Shown in pieces: positions 50,559-60,631 of a stretch of DNA of 64,000 nt. The translations under genes were made by a program, and so were the position numbers. Location: NCBI GenBank assembly GCA_963723515.1, contig CAVRQT010000002.1, forward strand, positions 352,001-416,000, written 5' to 3'. This DNA is from Vulcanimicrobiota bacterium. Lineage in GTDB: Bacteria; Vulcanimicrobiota; Vulcanimicrobiia; Vulcanimicrobiales; Vulcanimicrobiaceae. Under the pieces are notes generated by a model. That model did no database searches, had not been told where the DNA came from, and saw only the letters and a list, made by a program, of their open reading frames with translations. Every line of letters begins with the position of its first letter. Within the stretch, counting starts at the first letter, position 1.

Positions 50559-50653
50559 TGGCGGGAAAGTGTAGGAATCGAACCTACCAGCCGCCTTTAG
50601 AGCGGCCTCAGCAGTTTTGAAGACTGTGCGGGCCACCAGACCCGTACTCTCCC
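50559..50653 (-). tRNA. selC: tRNA-Sec (anticodon UCA)
   Basis: 95 nt, GGGAGAGT...CAGT-CTTCAAA-ACTG, long variable arm GCCGC/GCGGC, GTTCGATTC T-loop, 8-bp acceptor stem, GCCA end. Confidence 0.96.
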
Positions 50654-50661
50654 AACAAGAT

Positions 50662-52317
<1,656 letters not shown>

Positions 52318-52388
52318 CGGCTCCTCCGTAGGCGCTAGCAAAAACGGCTTAAGGGCCTTGCTTAGGACCTCCTTGTTTCGTCGCGACG

Positions 52389-53174
52389 CTATTCAAACTG
52401 TACGGCGAGCATGGACACTGAGCCGCCATCGATTCCTTCAACCGGAAAGCGCAACCAATCGGCCGCGTTGCGCAACGCCGTGATATAGAGCAGCGGCAAG
52501 TAATGCTCCGGCGTCGGCACGGCGAGCGTCGCATCGCGGCCTCCGTCCTCGTATCGAACCAGCGCTGTGTCGTCACGTTCGGTAAGCGCGCGGCGCAGCC
52601 GCTGCTCAAAGCGGAGCGCCCACTCAAACGGTTCCACCGGATGTCGCCCCCAGGCGTACGCATGCAGATTGTGCACGACGTTGCCGCTGCCGAGAATCAA
52701 CACGCCTTCATCGCGCAAAGGCGCGAGTCGTTTAGCGATATCGTAATGAAATTGCGGCGGCTGCGTTTCGTCGATCTTCAGCTGTACGACCGGCACGCTT
52801 GCGTCCGGAAACAAGTGGCAGAGGACCGCCCAGGTGCCATGATCGAGGCCCCATTGCCGATCGCTCTCGACGACCGTCGGCGCAAGCAATTCCTGAACGC
52901 GCGCTGCCAACGATGGATCGCCCTTCGCGGGATATTCAAAGGCGTACAGCTCGCGCGGAAATCCGCCGAAATCGTGGATCGTGGGCGGTTGCGCGCGCGC
53001 CGTCACCGCTGTGCCGGGACCATACCAATGCGCGGAAATTGAAAGAATCGCCCGAGGTTGCGGCAAGGAAGCGCCAATTGCATTCCAGCGACGAGTGTAA
53101 TCGTTTTCCTCCAGCGCATTCATCGGATTTCCGTGCCCGACGAAAAGCGCAGGCATCCGTCGATGAGAAGCCAT
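52389..53174 (-). CDS. ygiD: 4,5-DOPA extradiol dioxygenase (LigB family)
   Basis: MPALFVGHGNPMNAL, ISAHW, TIHDFGGFP, WGLDHGTW, GSGNVVHNL, PTPEHYLPL. Confidence 0.92.
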   Translation of the reverse strand: MASHRRMPALFVGHGNPMNALEENDYTRRWNAIGASLPQPRAILSISAHWYGPGTAVTARAQPPTIHDFGGFPRELYAFEYPAKGDPSLAARVQELLAPTVVESDRQWGLDHGTWAVLCHLFPDASVPVVQLKIDETQPPQFHYDIAKRLAPLRDEGVLILGSGNVVHNLHAYAWGRHPVEPFEWALRFEQRLRRALTERDDTALVRYEDGGRDATLAVPTPEHYLPLLYITALRNAADWLRFPVEGIDGGSVSMLAVQFE

Positions 53175-53197
53175 TTACACCATGAGTACGTTGTTTG

Positions 53198-53452
53198 CTA
53201 AACGACTGCTTCATCAACGAAGCACCAGCGCCAGTTCTCTCCCGGTTCGATCGATCGCATGATCGGATGTTGGCTGCGCATGAAGTGCTTCGTCGCATGA
53301 CGATTCTTCGAACTATCACAGCATCCGACGTGACCGCAAACGAGGCATTCGCGCAGATGCACCCAGGTATCGCCGGTCCGCAGACACTCTTCGCAGCCTT
53401 CCGCGGAGGGAGTGACCTCACGAATCTGCGCGAGATGCGTGCAACTCGTCAT
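53198..53452 (-). CDS. Stand-alone UBP-type zinc finger protein
   Basis: CEECL...WVHLRECLVCGHVGCCDSSKNRHATKH. Confidence 0.9.
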   Translation of the reverse strand: MTSCTHLAQIREVTPSAEGCEECLRTGDTWVHLRECLVCGHVGCCDSSKNRHATKHFMRSQHPIMRSIEPGENWRWCFVDEAVV

Positions 53453-53964
53453 GCCGAAGCACTACCGTGCACGGCTATGCGTCGGGCACCAACGGCGAGC
53501 AGGCCGCCTATCACGCCGATCGCAACGAACGCCCACGTTGCCGCCGCCGAGTGGAACAGCGAGATTCCGAAGAGGCTGTCTAAGGTCAGCATGCTGGAGC
53601 TCGTAAACGCTGCGGCCAGCGCCCCCGCGATATAGGTAAGCGGTAATTCGAAGCCGTTGTTCGAGCTCAAAAATCCGTTGTGAATGTGGACTGTGGCGAT
53701 TGCGACGGTCATCACGGCGATGACGAGCGCCGGTCCGATCGGACCGAGAAAGCCGAGCAAAATGAGCAGTCCGCCGGCGAATTCGCCGATGCCCGACATG
53801 AACGCAAAGGGAACGCCGGGGCGAAACCCGAGCGACTCCATGAAGCCGCCGGTGCCTCTGAGACCGTGGCCGCCGAACCAGCCAAAGAGTTTCTGCGAAC
53901 CATGGACGGCGATGCCCGCGCCGATGATGATCCGAACCAAAAGAATCCCAAGATCGTGTGTCAT
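53449..53964 (-). CDS. DoxX-family membrane protein
   Basis: HGSQKLFGWFGGHG, EFAGG, NNGFELP. Confidence 0.9.
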   Translation of the reverse strand: MTHDLGILLVRIIIGAGIAVHGSQKLFGWFGGHGLRGTGGFMESLGFRPGVPFAFMSGIGEFAGGLLILLGFLGPIGPALVIAVMTVAIATVHIHNGFLSSNNGFELPLTYIAGALAAAFTSSSMLTLDSLFGISLFHSAAATWAFVAIGVIGGLLAVGARRIAVHGSASA

Positions 53965-53994
53965 TCTCTGTCTTTACCCATCTTTCGTTGCATA

Positions 53995-54009
53995 CTTACT
54001 TGAAGTAAG
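53995..54009. promoter_or_regulatory. Operator palindrome for the HxlR/CatR-type repressor
   Basis: Perfect CTTACTT-G-AAGTAAG (TTAC-N5-GTAA) between divergent doxX and the regulator. Confidence 0.75.
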
Positions 54010-54085
54010 GTAGAATCATTTATAGACCTCGAAGCCCACCGATGTCAAGTAGGCGACGAATCGTAAGGAGAAAACCAAGAAGCCG

Positions 54086-54452
54086 ATGGCGTCAAAGCTC
54101 AGCCGAGCTCTGCCCACGCTTTCACCGCGCCGTGGAGTTGATCGGCCGGCGGTGGACCGGCGCGATTCTGCGCATGCTCACGCACGGACCGCAGCGATTC
54201 AACGGTCTGCTGGCATCCGTGCCGGGAATTTCCGACCGGCTGCTCTCCGAGCGCCTGCGCGAGCTCGAAGGTGCGGGACTGGTCAAGCGGACCGTTTGCT
54301 CCGGGCCGCCGATTTCGGTTATCTATGAACTGACGCCGTCCGGCCGCGATCTCGAACCGGCATTGGACATGCTCGGCAAGTGGGCCGAGCGCTGGCTGCC
54401 GCACCGGAGCAGCGCGCCGGATAGGGGTCGCGCCAAGCCCGTTCAAATCTAG
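54086..54452 (+). CDS. HxlR (MarR/DUF24) family regulator; probable frameshift near 54105
   Basis: LCPRFHRAVELIGRRW, ISDRLLSERLRELE, YELTPSG. Confidence 0.9.
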
Positions 54453-54476
54453 ACGCTCTGCTTACGGAGACATCAA

Positions 54477-54984
54477 ATGGTAAGAATATCCGCCGTATCG
54501 GCGTGTTTTGTTTTCGCCGCATTTTGTACGGCTGCCGCGTCTGCTCAAGCGTTGACGGGGGAAATGGCTCCCCTTCAGTACTTGGTCGGAACGTGGGACT
54601 GCTCGGTCGATGCCATGCAGCCTTCGGGCGCGATGCGGCATGACAATGGCACGCTGAGCGTTGCCGTAGCACCCGGCAATACGCTTAGTCAAACGATCAC
54701 CTCGCCGATGTTTTCAATCGTCGGGTTATATGGGCTACAACACCCAACTCAGCAAATATTTTTCAAACACGACGGACAACATGGGCGGCGTCGGCGCATT
54801 GACTGCCGACCGCGGAACACCCGGACATACGATCTTTACCGGGAGCGTCACGATGGGCGCACAGACTGCGCCGAGCCGTGAGACCGACGAGAAGCTGAGC
54901 GATACAAAGATTCACCATGTCGGTGAGGTCAACATCGGCGGCAACTGGACCAAGGTCGCAGATGCAACCTGCACCAAACGTTGA
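54477..54984 (+). CDS. Secreted beta-barrel-like hypothetical protein; frameshift near 54720
   Basis: Signal peptide, LQYLVGTWDC...ATCTKR. Confidence 0.6.
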
Positions 54985-54987
54985 CGC

Positions 54988-56793
54988 CTAGCGCAGTTTG
55001 AAGTTCGCCTTCTTTAGATAGGTCGCGATCGCGTCCGCGATTGCTGCGCGCCCGTCCGCAGACGGCTCAAGATCTTCGGTAGCGAAGAGCGTGTTCGAGT
55101 GCGGGCGACGTTCGATCTCACGGAACGCCGGGTACAAATTCAAGATGCGGAAAGCCGTCGCATCGAGTGCGCGCAACAGATTGTTTTCGGCCGAAACATA
55201 GTCTGTGGCGAACGTAAAGTCGCGGTTCGTCATCGCCGGAGCGTAGCCGATCTGCTCCGTGCGATAGAGTTCCTCATTTGGAGAAACCTCCCAAGCGAAG
55301 GGCATCAGCACGCCCAGCGCAGCGCGATGCGATTGCGCGAGTGCACTTGATACAGGCGCAAACGCTCGCCGCACGACGTTCTGCCACGCTCCCGGCGACT
55401 GCACGACGAGCGGGTTGCGTTGAAAGCGTGACACGCCGTCGCAGTCGGCGACGAACGAATTGATCAAGAAGATCACTTGGTCGGCGCCTGCAAGCGTCGC
55501 GGAGGAGGCGTCGGGACACGCCACATGCAGCGGAACGACGCTGATTTGCTTGCCACCGACAAGCGTTCCGCGGAGGCGTTGCTCTAAGAGTCCGGCGATT
55601 GAATCGGCAAAACCGCTCCCATACCAGAGCAGGTAGTTTCCTTCGATGACGATGCGATAACGATTGGGCGCAGCCTCAAAGGACGACAACTGATTGAAAG
55701 CATGCCGCCGCTCGCGCATGGTGATGAGATACACTTTGCGTTGGATCGCATCGGCGACCGCGATGCGGCCATCGCTCTCGTTGACCGCGAGCCCCATCGG
55801 CGCCGAGAATTGCTGGCGCTCTAAACCAAGCGTCGCATCTTCGGGTGGTGTCGTGCCGATGTATTGCGGATACAGTTGCGCGATCGTTGCCACCGGAGCG
55901 AAATCTTCAACGTAGCGAACCGCCCCATCGAGCAAGTCGCCGTAGATGATCGTCTGCGCGGAGAGCGCTGCGATGCTATAGGGGTGGCCAAGCGGTGCGC
56001 CACCCTGCACGCTGTTCATCGAAAGTGGGGGGCTGGCATTGTAGGCCATCAGCGCGGTCTGTGATGACAGATCGTATCGTACGATGCGGTCTTTGACGGC
56101 GATGTAAAGGTAATCCGTCGTTCGGCTGCGAGCGCAGGCGACGCCGGTGATGAAGTTTACGCTAAAGTCAAGTGGAAGGCGGAGCGTCGTCAAGACGCCG
56201 CTAGCGTCGAGAACGCGCAGGCCGTTTCGCTGATCCGCGATGTAGAGAGCACGTCGGTCGCCGCAAATCGCTAGTTCACGCGGATAAGCCATCCGGTTCA
56301 CCTGCGGCGCTCCATCTTCAGAACCGGAGGTGCCGCACCGCCCGGCGACAGTTGATACGACGCCATCGCGAATAAAGCGAATGCAGTGGTTAAATGTATC
56401 GGCGACATAGAGCGCGCCGTCGCTAGCGGCCGCCAACCCTGCGGGCTGGTTAAACTTCGCTGTTGACGCCGGCCCGTCACGGTAACCGCCTTCAAACGAC
56501 AACGCGCCGGACGCCGGGCCAGGCGATCCGGCAACCGTTTGCACGCGGCCGTCGCGTGCTATCATGCGAATTTCTTGCCCCGCAGCGTCCGCAACATACA
56601 ACGTTCCGTCCGCCCCAAACGCGATGGCGCTCGGCATTTCGAATTGCGCTTGTGTGGCAGAACCGTCAGCAATGCCCGCATAGCCGCTACCCGCAAGAAC
56701 TGCAACGTCTGCCGCAGCCACCGTTTGAGCTAGCGCAGGTTGAAGCGTTAAGATTGAGAGCCAGAACGCCATAAGGAGCGAAGATGCTCTCAA
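54988..56793 (-). CDS. Secreted NHL-repeat protein with a degenerate SGNH-like C-terminal domain
   Basis: FNQPAGLA..DGALYVADTFNHCIR repeats; C-terminal GNY and DLE where paralogs have GNS and DxH. Confidence 0.85.
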   Translation of the reverse strand: MRASSLLMAFWLSILTLQPALAQTVAAADVAVLAGSGYAGIADGSATQAQFEMPSAIAFGADGTLYVADAAGQEIRMIARDGRVQTVAGSPGPASGALSFEGGYRDGPASTAKFNQPAGLAAASDGALYVADTFNHCIRFIRDGVVSTVAGRCGTSGSEDGAPQVNRMAYPRELAICGDRRALYIADQRNGLRVLDASGVLTTLRLPLDFSVNFITGVACARSRTTDYLYIAVKDRIVRYDLSSQTALMAYNASPPLSMNSVQGGAPLGHPYSIAALSAQTIIYGDLLDGAVRYVEDFAPVATIAQLYPQYIGTTPPEDATLGLERQQFSAPMGLAVNESDGRIAVADAIQRKVYLITMRERRHAFNQLSSFEAAPNRYRIVIEGNYLLWYGSGFADSIAGLLEQRLRGTLVGGKQISVVPLHVACPDASSATLAGADQVIFLINSFVADCDGVSRFQRNPLVVQSPGAWQNVVRRAFAPVSSALAQSHRAALGVLMPFAWEVSPNEELYRTEQIGYAPAMTNRDFTFATDYVSAENNLLRALDATAFRILNLYPAFREIERRPHSNTLFATEDLEPSADGRAAIADAIATYLKKANFKLR

Positions 56794-58610
56794 TGCAGCC
56801 ACGGTTTTTGTCGCTCGAGCGATTGCGCTATCACGTCCATGACACGGCTGCGCCCAAGCTTACTCAAATGAAGGTCGTCGGTTGCAAACAGCGTGCCGTC
56901 ATGCGGCGCTGACTCAAAATTTCGAAAAGATCCGAACGTATTGACAACCGGCGCGGGAACCGAGTTAAGCGCGAGAAGCCAGTTGCCTTCTGCGCTTCGA
57001 TAGTCTGACGGAAACGCGTAATCGGCCGGCGAGAATTCGTAGTATCCGATGTTCTCTCGGCGATAGAGCACTTCCAGCGGTGAGAGTTCCCAAGCCATCG
57101 GGATCAAGAGCAGCAGCGCCTTTACATGCGCGCGCGATAGCGCAGCGACAGTCGTGCTATATTGCGAGGCGATCGTCTTCTGCCATGGACCGGCCCGTTG
57201 AGCGAGCGCAGGATCGCGCTCGAACTCCCCCCTGCCGTTGCAGTCGATGTTATACGCATTGACGATGAGGATCGCCAAATCGACAGCGCCCGTGGCAAGC
57301 AATTCGGCATCGGGGCAGCGGCTGTAAAGGTCGCTTACCTTAACAGTTTTTTCGCGGAGCTCCCGATCTGTAGCAAGTCGTTCCTCAAGCAATCCGGCTA
57401 TGGAGTCGGTGAATCCGGCGGAGAAGAAGGCGAAGGAATTCCCTTGGATTGCGATCCGATACTGACGGGGGCCGAATTTCAATGCGCCAAGCGCCGTCTG
57501 GTAGGCATGGCGGTGCTCGCGCAACCGTAGAAAAACGATCTTTCTCTGAATTGCATCGGCGACGGCGATGCGGCCATCGCTATCGATTGCTATACCCATT
57601 GGTGCGGAAAACAACCTCCGATCTGCGTGAGCAAATCCCAGGGTGGAGTTCTCAGGAGGCGCACCGCCGGCGTATTGCAGATGCGGAAGCGGAATACCGG
57701 CGATCAAAAAATTTTCAACGTACCGCAGCGACCCGTCGTGCAGATCGCCGTAAAGGATGGAGGCTTGCGAAAGCGCGCAGATGCTGTAAGGACGACCGAG
57801 TGGCCCGCCGCCCTGCACGCGGTTGATCTCGATCCCGGCGCCGATATCTTGAATGATCGCTGCCTCTCGCGAGCGTAGGTCGTATCGGACGAGTCGATCA
57901 ACGTTGGCGACATACAACATGGTGTCGTCGCCCGAACCTACCGCGGAAACGCCGGTGGCGTTGCGAAAATCGGCATTCGACGGCGATCGAATGGTCCGTA
58001 ATGTGCCCGGCGGGCTGAGGATTCGAACGCCGTTTTTCTGATCCGCGATGTAGAGAGTTCCGTCGACCGAAAGCGCTAATCCGCGCGGATAGGCGAGCCT
58101 GCCGACAGGGGGTCCACCATCGGCGCTGCCTCTAACGCCGCAACGTCCGGCGACAGTTGAGACGACGCCACGCCAAATCAGGCGAATGCAATGATTGAAC
58201 GTATCCGCAACATAGATTCCGCCGTCGCGGCGAACGGCTACGCCGGACGGGTGATAGAAGCGCGCGAATTTCGCATCCCCATTTCGAAAACTGCCCGAGA
58301 CAAAGAGTCCCGAACCGTTTGCATCACCACCGCCGGCAATCGTTGTGACTGATCCATCAGGCGAAAGCGCGCGAATTCTTTGAGCCGCGGCGTCGGCAAC
58401 GTAAAGAATGTGATGCGGGCCGAACGCAACGGAGTCCGGCATCAAGAACGTCGCCCGTGAACGCGCGCCATCGGCATAACCGGCCGCTCCCGTTCCTACG
58501 ATGCTCCCAATTGTTAGCGGCGCGATACTCTGCGCCGCGGATTTCGAAATTGTAGCCCATAGAACGCAAATGCAAAACAAAAGCGTAACAACGGAACGGA
58601 CCGTATTCAC
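56790..58610 (-). CDS. Secreted NHL-repeat/SGNH-like fusion; start uncertain
   Basis: NHL repeats; RIAIQGNSF and TDDLHLSKLG. Confidence 0.85.
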   Translation of the reverse strand: MNTVRSVVTLLFCICVLWATISKSAAQSIAPLTIGSIVGTGAAGYADGARSRATFLMPDSVAFGPHHILYVADAAAQRIRALSPDGSVTTIAGGGDANGSGLFVSGSFRNGDAKFARFYHPSGVAVRRDGGIYVADTFNHCIRLIWRGVVSTVAGRCGVRGSADGGPPVGRLAYPRGLALSVDGTLYIADQKNGVRILSPPGTLRTIRSPSNADFRNATGVSAVGSGDDTMLYVANVDRLVRYDLRSREAAIIQDIGAGIEINRVQGGGPLGRPYSICALSQASILYGDLHDGSLRYVENFLIAGIPLPHLQYAGGAPPENSTLGFAHADRRLFSAPMGIAIDSDGRIAVADAIQRKIVFLRLREHRHAYQTALGALKFGPRQYRIAIQGNSFAFFSAGFTDSIAGLLEERLATDRELREKTVKVSDLYSRCPDAELLATGAVDLAILIVNAYNIDCNGRGEFERDPALAQRAGPWQKTIASQYSTTVAALSRAHVKALLLLIPMAWELSPLEVLYRRENIGYYEFSPADYAFPSDYRSAEGNWLLALNSVPAPVVNTFGSFRNFESAPHDGTLFATDDLHLSKLGRSRVMDVIAQSLERQKPWLH

Positions 58611-58681
58611 GACTTGCGACGCGCGTGGCTTAAAGGGAGCGATGTCGCTCAACGGAAAGGCGACGTCGTTTGCGTTTGGAC

Positions 58682-60631
58682 ATGAGACCAATTGGATTGT
58701 ATCTCTGGTTGCTCGGATGCTTCATTGCGGTGAGCAGTCTTGCAACAGGCGCTGCGACCACTTCCATCGTCTCAACGTTGGCTGGCTCAGGGTTCTCCGG
58801 TAATGAGGATGGTTCGGCGCAGGCGGCCCAATTCGTCATGCCGGCCGGACTGGCCGAGGACGCGGCGGGAAACCTCTTCATTGCCGATGCCGGCGGACAA
58901 CGCATCCGTGTATTGACGTCGGACAACACGGTGCGCACGATCGCCGGTTCAGGACCGCTGCTTTCATCAGGGCTGTGGAGTGCAGGCGGATACCGCGACG
59001 GCTCCGTTGCGATCGCGCAGTTCAATCATCCATCGGGCATTGCAATCGGCTCGGATGGCGCACTCTACATTGCCGACACGCTCAATCATTGCATCCGCAA
59101 GATATTCCATGGACAAGTGACGACCTTTGCGGGTCGTCCGCCGTTCTCAGGTCGAGACGATGGCGAAAGGACGATCGCCACGTTCAAGAATCCACGCGCC
59201 TTAACGTTTGCTGATGACGGAACGCTGTTCGTGGCCGATTACGGCGTGGGTTTGCGGGAGATTTCGCCGCAAGGAATCGTCCGAACCGTATCTTTGCCTC
59301 CTGGAATCGATCCGCGGATCGTCGCACTGAGTCTCTACCAATCAAACGGTCAACGCGTGCTCTTCATCTCCACGTGGAATGCACTGCTCGCGCTCGACGC
59401 GCAACTGCACCCTATCTGGATTCGCCGGATCACGCCGCCAAAAGCAGGCCCTAGACTGTTCAACGAAATCGGTCAATTGCGCTCCGCAGCAATTACGGAA
59501 AGCCGCGAGGCGTTTGGCCATCCCTTCGCGTTGAGCGCGCTCGATGGAGGAGGCGTCCTCTACACCGATCTGCACACACACTCGATTGGATACTTTCGTC
59601 GCGACGGTACCCAAACGACCACGGCGATTCTCAGCCATTGGCCGATTCCGGATGCCGCCAACCGCAGCGGCGGCTATCATGATGGGCCGCTGTCAGCGGC
59701 CCAATTCGATGCGCCACTCGCGATTCTCCAGCGCCGCAGCGGCGCGATCGTCGTCGCTGACAGCGGAAACCGGCGTTTGCGCGAGTTCTTCTTCGATCCG
59801 AATTCGCGGCTGCCGACGCCTCCGCCGTCGCGGCATATCGCACGTAATGATACGCGAACGTCTGGCGAGATCAATCTACATGCACTGCTCTTTCCGCGCC
59901 TTAGCCGTCGCTTCTATCGCATTGCTTTTCTTGGAAATTCCTACTCATATTGGGACACACGCTGGAAACAATCGATCGAAGGCCTGGTTGAGCAGCGGCT
60001 AAACGCGGACAGAAAGAAGCTCGGCCTTCGTAAACCGGTGAAAGTGACGCTACTGTTTCCTTATTTCGAAACTCTCGCGTCGGTTGAAAGTTACGCGCGC
60101 GAAGCGCTCTCACAGCGCCCATTTGATGCTGTGATTTGGCAAATCAACCAACAAACGGTTGCGCTCGAATACGGTCGCGAGCTCGCGCGAAGCGCACCCG
60201 GCGCTTCCTCGCGGCAAATTACCACCGCATTTGCAACCTTTTGGCAACCGCGCTTGAGAGCATCGCTCAAGAGAATTCGGCTTGAACTTGAGCGCAACGG
60301 CGTGAGGCTCTTTATCGCCCTGCATCCGATCGGTCTGGAGTTAACGCCACTCGAAGACGCAGAGCTCGAAGAGTACGAGGAGCCGTTCTACCCGACGAAC
60401 GGCTTTACGATTTGGTCGCAGTCCGACATCGGGCAGCAATTGAAAGCCGCTGTACGGGCCGCAGGCGTGCCATTGATTGACGCGTATCCCAAATTCATCG
60501 ACGCGGAACGGTCGCCGATGCGAAGGCCGCTCTTCGGCACATTGGACGAGCATTTCTCAATAGAGGGTCGCGTCCTAGCGGCGCGCATCATCGGCGATTA
60601 TCTCGAAGCGGCTCGTCCTTGGATGCGGTAG
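58682..60631 (+). CDS. Secreted NHL-repeat/SGNH-like fusion
   Basis: NHL repeats; RIAFLGNSY and TLDEHFSIEG. Confidence 0.85.
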   Translation: MRPIGLYLWLLGCFIAVSSLATGAATTSIVSTLAGSGFSGNEDGSAQAAQFVMPAGLAEDAAGNLFIADAGGQRIRVLTSDNTVRTIAGSGPLLSSGLWSAGGYRDGSVAIAQFNHPSGIAIGSDGALYIADTLNHCIRKIFHGQVTTFAGRPPFSGRDDGERTIATFKNPRALTFADDGTLFVADYGVGLREISPQGIVRTVSLPPGIDPRIVALSLYQSNGQRVLFISTWNALLALDAQLHPIWIRRITPPKAGPRLFNEIGQLRSAAITESREAFGHPFALSALDGGGVLYTDLHTHSIGYFRRDGTQTTTAILSHWPIPDAANRSGGYHDGPLSAAQFDAPLAILQRRSGAIVVADSGNRRLREFFFDPNSRLPTPPPSRHIARNDTRTSGEINLHALLFPRLSRRFYRIAFLGNSYSYWDTRWKQSIEGLVEQRLNADRKKLGLRKPVKVTLLFPYFETLASVESYAREALSQRPFDAVIWQINQQTVALEYGRELARSAPGASSRQITTAFATFWQPRLRASLKRIRLELERNGVRLFIALHPIGLELTPLEDAELEEYEEPFYPTNGFTIWSQSDIGQQLKAAVRAAGVPLIDAYPKFIDAERSPMRRPLFGTLDEHFSIEGRVLAARIIGDYLEAARPWMR

